Below are positions 28,749-40,007 of a DNA stretch of 55,005 nucleotides, piece by piece. Positions within the stretch are counted from its first letter, which is position 1. The number at the start of each line of letters is the position of its first letter. The notes beneath the pieces are model-generated. The model did no database searches. It worked only from the letters and a program-made list of their open reading frames with translations, and was not told where the DNA came from. Location: NCBI GenBank assembly GCA_041161475.1, contig JBEAUL010000075.1, positions 1 to 55,005 on the forward strand, read 5' to 3'. Origin of the DNA: Pseudomonadota bacterium (GTDB lineage: Bacteria; Pseudomonadota; Gammaproteobacteria; UBA6186; Azoamicaceae). Made by a program: the position numbers and the translations under genes.

Positions 28749-30158
28749 TTGAACAATAAAACCAAGCAACAGAAAAAAAAAGAAATATTCGAACGCACAG
28801 ATCCGGTTTTAGATCGTCCATTTTTGGCAAATGATTTTGCTTGGTTGTCGCAAAATCGGTATGGGCGATGGCGCCCTAATGCACCCGAAGTAGGACATGC
28901 AGTCATTCATCAGGCAGCAGATGGCACCGAAATTGCGGAACAATACACAATATCTCATCAGAATGACTTAACCGAAAATAGCATCAATGAACAAAAGAGC
29001 GATATTGTGCCTTGTGTTAAACATCTTATGCGCATTGAAGCGATTCAGTCTCCCATGAACCAGGAAGGGGATACGGTCTTGTGTTACCGCGCGGTCACGG
29101 AAGAAGGTGTGCCCATGATTGGAAGTCGCGCAAACAAAATTGAAATCAGTGATATGGCAACAGGTACCGTAGAGAAGGCCAGAGTGGTCTATTTTTCTCC
29201 AGAAAGAGCCGATCATTTTTATGGTTCTGGAAAAAAAATGCCCATATTTAAAGAAAATTTGTCTTTAAAGCAGTTAACACTAAAAGAAGCTTTGGAAAAT
29301 GCCGTTAAAATAAAAGGGTTGAAAAACATAAGCATTAGCCCCGAAGATGTTGCGCTGAGAGTGAATATGGACAGACAGCGTGGCCAAAAAAAGACAATGG
29401 GTAATCGTTCAGCATCAGACGAATACAGACGGGTGTTACAATCAGAAAAAGCAAACTTGCTTTCACCTGAATTGTTGAATAAATTAACCGAGGCAATCGA
29501 GGCGGATTTATCTATTCTTACTGAGTCTCAAAAAAAACCAGAGTGGGCACATGTGTACGCCTTTGCATTGATGCTGGTATCTGAGAATCCCCAGGTTCCT
29601 GACAATTTGGTGGCTGCACCCCGTTGGTTTAATACGGCCATGTTGGTATTAGAGTCTACGGCCATTTGGTTTTCCCTTAATCGCCCCAATGCATTAATCC
29701 ATATGCAGGCAATCTTTGAGACCTTGCTAGATACCGATATTTTGAATAAGGGAGCCTATCAAATCAGTATAGAGGAGCAATCTCGTTGTATACGATTATT
29801 TGAATCTTACGATTTGTCCCTTGAACATGCGATGTTTAGAAGCCCATCAGATTTAGCTCAGTTGAGTGCCATCAGTTACGCCTTATTAAGCAATGCCTTG
29901 CCTAAGAGTCGCTATGCGGTTGAGGGTCAAACAATTCAGGCAGACTTACCGGTTATTAATGCGATGACGATGGTTCCTTTGGGGATAAATACGATAAAAA
30001 CGCAAACAACAGCTCCCAAGTTGGTGGCTCAATCGAGTATTGAAAAACAATCTGAAAAGCCCAAAATGCTTTTATTTTCTTATATGCCTGGTTTTTCATC
30101 TTTTTCTACGCTGTTGTCAGTACCAAGGCGGTTATTAACGGCCATCATAAGAAAATAA
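28749..30158 (+). CDS. orphan 469-aa protein, no recognisable family
   Basis: The long open frame has an AAGGAA SD 7-8 nt before a TTG start; the first in-frame ATG is about 94 codons downstream. The C-terminus is Ser/hydrophobic-rich (...FSSFSTLLSVPRRLLTAIIRK). Confidence 0.55.
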   Translation: MNNKTKQQKKKEIFERTDPVLDRPFLANDFAWLSQNRYGRWRPNAPEVGHAVIHQAADGTEIAEQYTISHQNDLTENSINEQKSDIVPCVKHLMRIEAIQSPMNQEGDTVLCYRAVTEEGVPMIGSRANKIEISDMATGTVEKARVVYFSPERADHFYGSGKKMPIFKENLSLKQLTLKEALENAVKIKGLKNISISPEDVALRVNMDRQRGQKKTMGNRSASDEYRRVLQSEKANLLSPELLNKLTEAIEADLSILTESQKKPEWAHVYAFALMLVSENPQVPDNLVAAPRWFNTAMLVLESTAIWFSLNRPNALIHMQAIFETLLDTDILNKGAYQISIEEQSRCIRLFESYDLSLEHAMFRSPSDLAQLSAISYALLSNALPKSRYAVEGQTIQADLPVINAMTMVPLGINTIKTQTTAPKLVAQSSIEKQSEKPKMLLFSYMPGFSSFSTLLSVPRRLLTAIIRK

Positions 30159-30244
30159 GGTTAATATTAGTTAAGTAACTTATTTGTTTTATCGAGTCTA
30201 TGGATTAAAAAAGCCTGTATTTAAATAATTTACCCAAAAGCCGC

Positions 30245-30273
30245 TTGTTTTTTGAAAACCCAGCAGATATAAT
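30245..30273 (+). promoter_or_regulatory. candidate sigma70 promoter for tRNA-Arg
   Basis: TTGTTT (30245-30250), a 17-nt spacer and TATAAT (30268-30273) are followed by the GC-rich discriminator GCGGCC, about 45 nt upstream of the tRNA. Confidence 0.35.
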
Positions 30274-30317
30274 GCGGCCTTAAGCTTGATAACAAAGCTT
30301 ATCTTAAGTCGATATAT

Positions 30318-30395
30318 GCGCCCGTAGCTCAGTTGGATTAGAGTACCTGGCTACGAACCAGGCGGTCGGAGGTTCGAATCCTTCCGGGCGCGCCA
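30318..30395 (+). tRNA. tRNA-Arg (anticodon ACG)
   Basis: The 78-nt cloverleaf has acceptor GCGCCCG/CGGGCGC, anticodon loop CTACGAA, T-loop TTCGAAT and an encoded CCA. It is close to E. coli argV. Confidence 0.9.
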
Positions 30396-30601
30396 TCTAC
30401 AAGGTCAAACTTTTAGATAATCAGCATAAAAACAATGTAGATTGTACATGAACCTATTATTTTTATTCGCCATTCTCTGATGATTTTGAAGAAGAATTCG
30501 AAGAATTTTGTGAGAAACAACCACAAGAAGTAGTAGAATGGGTTAAGCTGTTTAAAAAGGCACAAGAGAAGCTGGAGAGTATCCGTAAAAGTGTTTCTGA
30601 T

Positions 30602-30997
30602 TTGCATGAAGACATAACCCGTGATCTTAACCCTGGTTCGGAGTTGAACTATCCTCTACCTCAAGAAATAGAACAAGCACTCTTGCCCAAAATTAGGAAC
30701 GTCCTAAGGGCTATAAACAACTTTTGCACAATTACAGGCCATGCTTCGTTAAGCCTTCAAGCGAAAAGAATAGAAGCTGAGATGATGTTTTTCACATACA
30801 GGACTAGGGAAAAAACATTACCTGCACTGGGTTATCTTGTGTTGGCAACGCTGTATGCTGCTGCCAAATTCTTTACAGATCTTGCGTTGAAAGCAAAGGC
30901 TTATGTTCGCGATACGCAAGTACCAAACCCTGAGTATGAAAGCGATAAAAGTCAATTTCCAACAATTGGTTACAGAACTAAGAAAAGCCTCAGATAG
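30602..30997 (+). CDS. small orphan protein with one hydrophobic segment; start uncertain, possibly frameshifted (see findings)
   Basis: The ORF-track TTG start has no SD. The same frame stays open and protein-like for 150 nt upstream, back to 30452, and an ATG at 30448 is one nucleotide out of frame. Confidence 0.35.
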   Translation: MHEDITRDLNPGSELNYPLPQEIEQALLPKIRNVLRAINNFCTITGHASLSLQAKRIEAEMMFFTYRTREKTLPALGYLVLATLYAAAKFFTDLALKAKAYVRDTQVPNPEYESDKSQFPTIGYRTKKSLR

Positions 30998-31097
30998 CCA
31001 CGACAACATTACCCTATGCAGGTCTTCTCTACAAGCACTATCCTTACAAGAGATGCTACTTTTACTCGATAGACTTCTCTGATGGATAAAAACACGC

Positions 31098-31502
31098 ATG
31101 AGCGATAAAACCTTACCCCGAATATTGGTGGTAGAAGACGAAGAAGTAATTCGGTTTAATCTTGAGGCTTTTTTGCACGACGAAGGCTATGAAGTCTTTT
31201 TGGTGGGTTCTGGCGAAGAATGTCTCGATATTTTGGCCAAGGAAAAAATCGATGTGGCCATTATTGATATGCGTCTTCCACAAATGGATGGGAATGTGGC
31301 CATATTAGAAGCCAGGCGTATTAACCCTATGCTAAAATTCATTATTTATACTGGGTCATCAGGCTATGTATTACCGCAAGAATTGATCGATATTGGATTA
31401 CAACCCACGCAAATTTTACGCAAGCCCTTACAAGACATGGCCATGTTAACCACGCTTATTCAAGAGTTAATGGCCGACAAGCCCACTGATGCCAACGCTT
31501 GA
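31098..31502 (+). CDS. stand-alone response-regulator receiver domain (CheY-like)
   Basis: The acidic pocket VVEDEE, phospho-acceptor context AIIDMRLP, IIYTGS and conserved Lys (LRKPL) are present. The protein is 134 aa with no output domain. Confidence 0.8.
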   Translation: MSDKTLPRILVVEDEEVIRFNLEAFLHDEGYEVFLVGSGEECLDILAKEKIDVAIIDMRLPQMDGNVAILEARRINPMLKFIIYTGSSGYVLPQELIDIGLQPTQILRKPLQDMAMLTTLIQELMADKPTDANA

Positions 31503-31633
31503 CTGTCTGTTTAGGTTAAGAACGGCACCGATTTTGCCTACAGTTTAATCATCAGCGAATGGATTTTAAGGTGACAGCCTGCAAAGACCTATGGTATTAA
31601 ACATGATTTGCGCAATAATTAGGTACACTGTGT

Positions 31634-32467
31634 ATGGATAAGCCGACAATGCGGTCAGGCGATGGTTCCAAATCGTTTGTTAAGCTCGAAGCCGTGTGTT
31701 TTTCACGGGGTGACCGTCGCATTTTTGATACCGTAGATATTCAGGTTAAGACTGGCAAGATTACGGCGATTATGGGGCCCAGTGGCTCAGGGAAAACCAC
31801 TTTATTGCGCTTAATTGGTGGGCAGTTAACGCCCGATAGCGGATCGGTTTATGTTGATGGCCTTGATTTGCAAGCCTTAGGCAGAAGTGCCTTATACGAT
31901 GTGCGTCGTCGGATGGGGATGTTGTTTCAAAGTGGCGCCTTGTTTTCTGATATGTCTGTCTTTGAAAATGTTGCCTTCCCTTTACGAGAACACACGAAAC
32001 TCCCTGATTTTATGATTCGAGATTTGGTGCTGATGAAGCTCCAAGCCGTTGGGCTACGGGGTGCGCATGCGCTTATGCCTGCCGAATTGTCTGGTGGTAT
32101 GGCACGACGAGTTGCTTTAGCCAGGGCGATTGCTTTAGACCCAGCCCTATTAATGTTTGATGAGCCTTTTGCAGGTCAAGACCCAATCTCTATGGGTGTT
32201 TTGGTAAAATTGATTCAAATGTTAAATCAAACCTTAGGTATGACCGTGATTATTGTCTCGCATGATGTGCAAGAAACCATGAGTATTGCAGATGAGGCAT
32301 ATATCATCTCAGATGCCCGAGTCATAGAGTATGGTACGCCCAATCAGTTGGAGAGCAGTCAAAATGGCTGGGTACAACAATTTTTAAATGGATTGCCAGA
32401 TGGACCTGTGCCCTTTCATTATCCGGCAAACGCCTATGCCAATGACTTATGGGATGCACAGACATGA
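31634..32467 (+). CDS. mlaF: phospholipid ABC transporter ATP-binding protein MlaF
   Basis: Walker [10 protein letters not shown], signature LSGGMARR and Walker B LMFDEP are present. This is the first gene of mlaFEDCB. Confidence 0.9.
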   Translation: MDKPTMRSGDGSKSFVKLEAVCFSRGDRRIFDTVDIQVKTGKITAIMGPSGSGKTTLLRLIGGQLTPDSGSVYVDGLDLQALGRSALYDVRRRMGMLFQSGALFSDMSVFENVAFPLREHTKLPDFMIRDLVLMKLQAVGLRGAHALMPAELSGGMARRVALARAIALDPALLMFDEPFAGQDPISMGVLVKLIQMLNQTLGMTVIIVSHDVQETMSIADEAYIISDARVIEYGTPNQLESSQNGWVQQFLNGLPDGPVPFHYPANAYANDLWDAQT

Positions 32468-33252
32468 CCGTGATGGCAAGGGTTCAGGATGTAGGGCAAA
32501 GTGCCATTTGGTGGCTACGAGAAACAGGGCGTACGGGTATTTTTCTTTTCCAAGTGTTGTGTGGCTTACCCAGTTGGCCTGGCTCAATGCAACGCTTTAT
32601 CCAACAGCTATATTCCGTAGGTGTACTCTCGCTGATCATTATCGTGTTATCCAGTTTATTTATTGGGATGGTATTGGGTTTACAGGGGTATACCATTTTA
32701 GTGAAATTTGGGGCGGAACAGGTATTAGGTCAGTTAATCGCCTTAAGTTTGGTGCGAGAATTGGGTCCAGTCGTCGCGGCTTTACTCTTTGCAGGGCGAG
32801 CGGGATCGGCTTTAACCGCTGAAATTGGTTTGATGAAGGCGACCGAGCAGTTGTCTTCTTTAGAGATGATGGGGGTCGATCCGCTTAAGCGAATTGTGGC
32901 GCCTCGTTTTTGGGCTGGACAGTTTTCAATGCCCTTGCTGGCCCTTATTTTTAATGCGGTGGCGATTTATGGTGGCTATATGGTTGGCGTAAAGTGGTTG
33001 GGCGTCGATGGAGGCGCTTTTTGGGCCAATATGCAATCAGCGGTCGATTTTCACGAAGATGTTGTCAATGGACTGATAAAAAGTGTGGTGTTTGGTACCG
33101 TGACAACCTGGATAGCCTTGTACCAAGGGGTTGTTTGTGTGCCAACTGCAGAAGGTATTGGACGTGCGACCACGAAAACGGTAGTCTACGCATCATTGGC
33201 TGTATTGGCCATGGACTTTTTTCTAACAGCCGTAATGTTTGGTAATTTATGA
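32464..33252 (+). CDS. mlaE: phospholipid ABC transporter permease MlaE
   Basis: The protein is a polytopic MlaE/Ttg2B-like permease. It has an ATGA start/stop overlap with mlaF; the ORF track starts at 32449. Confidence 0.9.
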   Translation: MTVMARVQDVGQSAIWWLRETGRTGIFLFQVLCGLPSWPGSMQRFIQQLYSVGVLSLIIIVLSSLFIGMVLGLQGYTILVKFGAEQVLGQLIALSLVRELGPVVAALLFAGRAGSALTAEIGLMKATEQLSSLEMMGVDPLKRIVAPRFWAGQFSMPLLALIFNAVAIYGGYMVGVKWLGVDGGAFWANMQSAVDFHEDVVNGLIKSVVFGTVTTWIALYQGVVCVPTAEGIGRATTKTVVYASLAVLAMDFFLTAVMFGNL

Positions 33253-33758
33253 GGAATAGCATGAAAATACGGGTTGTTGAAGTAACAGTAGGGGCTTTTG
33301 TCTTGGCAGGCATTTTGTCTCTGGCCATGTTAGCCCTAAAAGTCAGCGGTTTACATACCGTATTTCAGGACGATCACGGTTATCACGTGCGCGTTGAGTT
33401 TTCTAATGTCGGTGGTTTAAAAATTCGTTCAAAAGTAACCATGGGTGGGGTGTTGGTTGGGCGCGTATCGGATATCAGTTTAGACCCAGAAAGCTTTAAT
33501 GCAACGGTTAGCTTGGTGATTGACAATCGATTTCCAAATATTCCATCAGACAGTCGTGCCTCCATTTTAACGGCAGGTTTGTTGGGAGATAATTATATCA
33601 GCTTGGCGCCTGGGTTTAGTGATACCCCGCTTAAAGAGGGCGATCGTATTGTGCTTGAAAATACAGATTCTGCCATGATATTAGAGCAGTTGGTGGAGAA
33701 ATTTTTGGGACAAAAAGCTTCAGAAGGTCCAGATGAAAACCACGAAAAAAAAAAGTAG
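33249..33758 (+). CDS. mlaD: MCE-domain substrate-binding protein MlaD
   Basis: An N-terminal anchor plus an MCE domain is present. It has an ATGA overlap with mlaE. The alternative start ATG 33261 has a better SD (GAGGAA). Confidence 0.85.
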   Translation: MRNSMKIRVVEVTVGAFVLAGILSLAMLALKVSGLHTVFQDDHGYHVRVEFSNVGGLKIRSKVTMGGVLVGRVSDISLDPESFNATVSLVIDNRFPNIPSDSRASILTAGLLGDNYISLAPGFSDTPLKEGDRIVLENTDSAMILEQLVEKFLGQKASEGPDENHEKKK

Positions 33759-33809
33759 TGCAATCAATCGCCGATCTTCAGTAATCATCAGCAGTAACGG
33801 AGAGTAAAG

Positions 33810-34442
33810 ATGAATATAAGCTTATTTAACGTCATACGGTTTCGGTGGGTCCCTGTACTACTATTGCTTTTACCATTGCATATGGCATGGGCACAAGAAC
33901 CTGTGCCGATGTTAAAGGGCGTGACAGATGCTGTATTGACGCAATTGCGGACCCACCGCAGTGAATTAAAGTCACACCCCAATCGTATTTATAATATTGC
34001 GGAACATTTAATTATTCCGCATGTCGATTTTGTTGAAATGGGGCGATGGATTGCGGGTCGTAATGCTTGGAATAAAGCCTCCGAAGCCGAGCAAAATGCC
34101 TTTATCGCCGCATTTAAAAATTTAGTGGTTAGAACCTATGCGACTTCGCTGTTACAGTATACCGATCAAACGGTTGAATTTATGCCTTTAAAATCGGGTA
34201 CCGATCGTGAACGTTTACAAGTGACCAGTTATATCAAGGGTGGCGACAGGGGCCCCATCAAAATAGACTATCGTCTGATCAAACATGAAGACAAATGGCT
34301 GGTATACGACATTATCATCGAAGGAGTGAGTTTGCTTAAAGGGTACCAAGCGCAATTTTCTCAAGACGTGCGACAACAAGGCTTAAGCTATGTCACTCGA
34401 AAAATTCAAGGACACAATACAAGTCAAAACAGGGAATCGTGA
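33810..34442 (+). CDS. mlaC: periplasmic phospholipid-binding protein MlaC
   Basis: A signal peptide, Ttg2D/MlaC-like sequence and the operon position support the call. Confidence 0.8.
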   Translation: MNISLFNVIRFRWVPVLLLLLPLHMAWAQEPVPMLKGVTDAVLTQLRTHRSELKSHPNRIYNIAEHLIIPHVDFVEMGRWIAGRNAWNKASEAEQNAFIAAFKNLVVRTYATSLLQYTDQTVEFMPLKSGTDRERLQVTSYIKGGDRGPIKIDYRLIKHEDKWLVYDIIIEGVSLLKGYQAQFSQDVRQQGLSYVTRKIQGHNTSQNRES

Positions 34443-34449
34443 GGGAGCG

Positions 34450-34779
34450 ATGGATACAGGGGTTAATGCTTTGAATAAACGGTTACCGACCATTGTAGCA
34501 AAGCCAAACCAAGGGCTCGTGTTGTCCGGATTCATTTCTTTTGATACCGTCATGTCCGTGTATGAGCAAGGATTAATCTTGTTAAAGGCCCAACCGAACA
34601 CTGTGGTGATTGATTTAACCGGCGTTTTACATGGAGACAGTAGCATTTTGGCCTTGCTGAGCGCCTGGATTCGGTATACGATGGGTCAAGAAAAAAAAAT
34701 TCAGTTGATCCATTTACCTCAATCGCTGTTGCATTTAATGCGATTAAGTGGTTTAGAGCGCATTTTTCCAATCAAATAA
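34450..34779 (+). CDS. mlaB: STAS-domain protein MlaB
   Basis: The 109-aa STAS-like protein is last in the mla operon. The start ATG 34450 has a GAGGGA SD; the ORF track starts at 34390, inside mlaC. Confidence 0.65.
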   Translation: MDTGVNALNKRLPTIVAKPNQGLVLSGFISFDTVMSVYEQGLILLKAQPNTVVIDLTGVLHGDSSILALLSAWIRYTMGQEKKIQLIHLPQSLLHLMRLSGLERIFPIK

Positions 34780-34820
34780 TGTGCGTAAATAAAAAGCATT
34801 TTTAAGGTATTTTTAGTTAA

Positions 34821-35066
34821 ATGATAACAGTAGCCGAAGTAACCGCTTTGATTCAGTTGGCATTGCCAGATGCAACTGTTCGGGTAGAGAGCGATGATTC
34901 ACAGCATTTTGATGCGGTGGTCATTTCGCCAAGCTTTACGGGCAAACGCCCCGTTCAACGACAACAGTTGGTCTATGCTGCACTAAACGATCACCTCCTC
35001 AGTGGTCGCTTACATGCCTTGGCCCTTAAAACACTTACGCCGGAAGAATATACAGGAGCCCTATAA
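34821..35066 (+). CDS. ibaG: BolA-family protein IbaG (YrbA)
   Basis: The 81-aa BolA-like protein lies between mlaB and murA, as in E. coli. Confidence 0.8.
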   Translation: MITVAEVTALIQLALPDATVRVESDDSQHFDAVVISPSFTGKRPVQRQQLVYAALNDHLLSGRLHALALKTLTPEEYTGAL

Positions 35067-37102
<2,036 letters not shown>

Positions 37103-37722
37103 AACAGTCTTACCGTCAGAGCACTGCTTTTAAAAAAGCCCTGTTAGGCGATTTACCTGTCTTTGGAACCAATGCGCGCTGGGCCTTGTCCGATCCAAAA
37201 CAGCGTGTATCCTGTGCTCCTGTGGTGTGGGGTGCGCCTTGCTTGGTATTGCATACGGCTTTAAACCCCTTAGAAGCGCGGTTATTAAGGGCAATGTGTG
37301 CGGTACTGTTGCCGGAAAAAGGGTATGGCGTAGAACCCGATCCAGAAATACCTTGTTTGTTATTGTCACATCAAGTGCAACACGAAACCTTGGTGCAACA
37401 CATGCTTTTTTGGAAACCAGCCGCATTATGGTTAGTGGGTGAAAAAGTGGCGCAATTTTTTCTCAAAACAAGAGAAAGCTTGGCGCAATTACGGGCCAAA
37501 CAGCCCTTGCCTGTTTTATTGGGGAATCAATTGCCCCTTTCGGTGATTGCCACAGAACATCCGCGCGATATATCGGATGATATTGTGGCGAAACGTCGTA
37601 TTTATCAAGATTTATTGCGATTGAAAGCCGATATTTTTACATAATCGTCTCGTTTGCTGAGGCATCAATCTGTACCATATACTAAAAGAGCGTGCCAGAC
37701 AGAGTGGGTTGAGGGGTAAAAA

Positions 37723-38181
37723 ATGGCGGTGATCATTCGAGAAATGCGTACCGAAGATTTAGACAGTGTGACCGAGATTGAGCAACAAGTGACATTTGAT
37801 ACGCCTTGGAGTCGTCGCATTTTTGAAGATTGCTTGAATGTGGGATATAGCTGTTGGATTTTAGAAGAAGATGAGAACGCAGAGGTACTGGGCTTTGGCT
37901 TGTTATCTTCGGCAATTGAAGAAGCCCATATTTTAAACTTGTGTATAAAAGTAGGGTATCAAAAGAAAGGCTTGGGAAATAAAATGTTGTCGCATTTAGT
38001 TACCTTGGCCAAAGACAAAACCGTAAAGCAAGTGTACCTAGAAGTTTCAGTAGACAATACAGATGCAATTAAATTATACGAAAAATGGGGATTTGAACGG
38101 ATTGGTATTCGTCATGGATACTACAATGCCAAGGAGGGTCGTAAAGATGCTTGGGTCATGGCTTTGCCATTAGACTCCTAA
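37723..38181 (+). CDS. rimI: GNAT N-acetyltransferase, RimI-like (ribosomal protein S18 alanine acetyltransferase)
   Basis: The GNAT acetyl-CoA motif YQKKGLGNKML is present. The roughly 150-aa size and RimI-like sequence throughout support the call. Confidence 0.75.
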   Translation: MAVIIREMRTEDLDSVTEIEQQVTFDTPWSRRIFEDCLNVGYSCWILEEDENAEVLGFGLLSSAIEEAHILNLCIKVGYQKKGLGNKMLSHLVTLAKDKTVKQVYLEVSVDNTDAIKLYEKWGFERIGIRHGYYNAKEGRKDAWVMALPLDS

Positions 38182-38221
38182 GTCTGTTTTTCATGCATGT
38201 TAAAAAAAAGAGTGAAAGCAT

Positions 38222-38632
38222 ATGCCGAGATTTTTAATCAATAAACTGGTGAGAGATAAACTCCCTTTCTCTAATATGATTGCGCACAATCGCATTATTG
38301 AAGAAAATGCAGAGTTTGTTGCACTGTTAAAAACAAAGCTACAAGAAGAAGCCTTAGAAGTGCAAGAGGCTGATACCAAAGAAGCATTGATTGATGAAAT
38401 TGGAGATGTCTACGAGGTATTAGATAACCTGATTCAGGCAGAGGGGATTACCTGGGCGCAAGTACACGAAATGCGTTTGTTAAAAAAACAACGTCGAGGG
38501 GGCTTTGAGGGCAGAGTATTTGGGGTATCAGTGGACATCCCTGTGACACATCCAAGTATAAAAAAGTACCGCGAGCAACCCCATAAATACCCTGAAATTC
38601 ACTTGTCAGCAACTGAAGACTTAACACGGTAA
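38222..38632 (+). CDS. MazG-like all-alpha NTP pyrophosphohydrolase (house-cleaning type)
   Basis: The N-terminal KLVRDK motif and the metal-binding acidic motifs EEALEVQE and DEIGDVYEV are present. Confidence 0.6.
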   Translation: MPRFLINKLVRDKLPFSNMIAHNRIIEENAEFVALLKTKLQEEALEVQEADTKEALIDEIGDVYEVLDNLIQAEGITWAQVHEMRLLKKQRRGGFEGRVFGVSVDIPVTHPSIKKYREQPHKYPEIHLSATEDLTR

Positions 38633-38800
38633 CACCTGTAAATGCACAGGTAGCCCTAAAACATTGACAATTTCATGGCTAACGCGTACTCTTAGGGCTC
38701 ACCTTGCAAAGCGTCAAGGTTTCTCCTTGCTTTTAAACCGAAAAAACGGGAAAAAGCTGAAATAAAGCAAATAGTTGAATTTTATCCGTAGGGAGTATTC

Positions 38801-39244
38801 ATGAGACATTACGAAATTATATTTTTGGTCCACCCAGACCAAAGCGAGCAAGTGCCTGCGATGCTAGAACGCTACCGCAGCCTTATCGAAAGCAAAGGGG
38901 GTTCTATCCATCGTTTAGAAGACTTGGGTCGTCGCCACTTAGCCTATCCGATTAAAAAAGTGCATAAAGCCCATTACATTTTGATGAATATCGAGTGTAA
39001 CCAAGAAGTGCTTTCTGAGTTAACACATTTGTTCCGCTTTAACGATGCGGTATTGCGTCATATGACGATTAACCGTAAAAATGCTGTGACTGAGCCGTCT
39101 GAATTGTTCAAACAAAAAGACGAAAAACAAAGAGATGCGCGTTCAACCAATTTCCGTTCTCATCGTCCAAGAAACGAAACTGAAGCGGATAAGCCTAAAT
39201 TTGAAGAAGCATCTGAAGAAATACCAGATCAATTAGCCGGTTAA
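38801..39244 (+). CDS. rpsF: 30S ribosomal protein S6
   Basis: [18 protein letters not shown]... is a canonical S6 N-terminus. The C-terminal tail ends ...[13 protein letters not shown]. Confidence 0.95.
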   Translation: MRHYEIIFLVHPDQSEQVPAMLERYRSLIESKGGSIHRLEDLGRRHLAYPIKKVHKAHYILMNIECNQEVLSELTHLFRFNDAVLRHMTINRKNAVTEPSELFKQKDEKQRDARSTNFRSHRPRNETEADKPKFEEASEEIPDQLAG

Positions 39245-39261
39245 CTGAGGGGAAATACGTC

Positions 39262-39516
39262 ATGGCAGTACGTCAATATTCACGTCGTAGAAAGTTTTGT
39301 CGGTTTACAGAAGCCGAAAAAAAAGGGACTCCATTTGATATGGATAGCTTGCACCACCATGTTCAACTCTTAAAAGAGTACTACATTGCTGAAGGCGGTA
39401 AAATTTATCCTAGCCGTAACACAGGCACCAAAGCACGCTATCAGCGTTTGGTTGCCACAGCGATTAAACGCGCTCGTCGATTGGCCTTGTTGCCTTATTG
39501 CGATCAGCACCAATAA
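39262..39516 (+). CDS. rpsR: 30S ribosomal protein S18
   Basis: RRRKFCRF...[30 protein letters not shown] matches S18. Confidence 0.9.
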   Translation: MAVRQYSRRRKFCRFTEAEKKGTPFDMDSLHHHVQLLKEYYIAEGGKIYPSRNTGTKARYQRLVATAIKRARRLALLPYCDQHQ

Positions 39517-39543
39517 ATTTTTGATAAAAGAGAGTTTACGGCA

Positions 39544-39990
39544 ATGCAAGTTATTTTATTAGAAAATATTAAAACCCTTGGGAATTTAGGTGATTTGATC
39601 AAAGTAAAACCAGGTTATGGTCGAAATTATCTTATCCCAACCGGTAAAGCGCTCATGGCCAATGCGGCAAATAAAGCGTATTTTGATGCAAAACGTGCTG
39701 AATTAGAGCAAGAAATGCATCATCGTTTGTCCGATGCAGAAGCACGTCTGGAAGCGGTTAACCAACTCAGCATTCGTTTAACTGCCCGTGCAGGTGACGA
39801 AGGACGCTTGTTTGGTTCAGTGACTGCGCATGACATTGCAGAAGCGATAAAGCAACAAGGGGTTACAGTTTCTAAGCACGAAATCCGTTTAGAGCAAGGG
39901 CCTATTCGTCAACTTGGCGAGCATCCTGTCGGCATTCACTTACACAGTGAAGTGACGACAGAAATTATGGTAACTGTTGTCGCTGAATAA
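39544..39990 (+). CDS. rplI: 50S ribosomal protein L9
   Basis: MQVILLENIKTLGNLGDLIKVKPGYGRNYLIP is a canonical L9 N-terminus. Confidence 0.95.
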   Translation: MQVILLENIKTLGNLGDLIKVKPGYGRNYLIPTGKALMANAANKAYFDAKRAELEQEMHHRLSDAEARLEAVNQLSIRLTARAGDEGRLFGSVTAHDIAEAIKQQGVTVSKHEIRLEQGPIRQLGEHPVGIHLHSEVTTEIMVTVVAE

Positions 39991-40007
39991 GTGTGATGAC
40001 ATCCTAG

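Noticed and set aside
29500-29660. HNH-like or ββα-Me-like spacing (EWAH ... DNL ... FNTAM) in the 469-aa orphan
   Set aside because: This is pattern matching on three short motifs only. There are no flanking Cys/His zinc ligands or other supporting residues, so it is too weak to assert without a profile search.
28643-31097. Looked for direct repeats of the tRNA-Ser or tRNA-Arg 3' ends, integrase genes or att-like sites flanking the orphan genes
   Set aside because: None were found by eye. The only similar string (GGTTCGAATCCTTCC) belongs to the genuine tRNA-Tyr at 54050. No mobile element can therefore be called.
32388-32822. 144-aa plus-strand ORF overlapping the mlaF end and mlaE in another frame; also antisense ORFs inside murD (9712-10125), pgi (48856-49335), murA (35495-35833) and miaB (17210-17548)
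   Set aside because: Each lies wholly within a confidently identified conserved gene. Their compositions are skewed (Arg/Cys/Pro-rich) and no translation signals are present.
38801-39516. Absence of priB between rpsF and rpsR
   Set aside because: The rpsF-rpsR-rplI arrangement without priB is common outside Enterobacterales and Betaproteobacteria, so it is not unusual.
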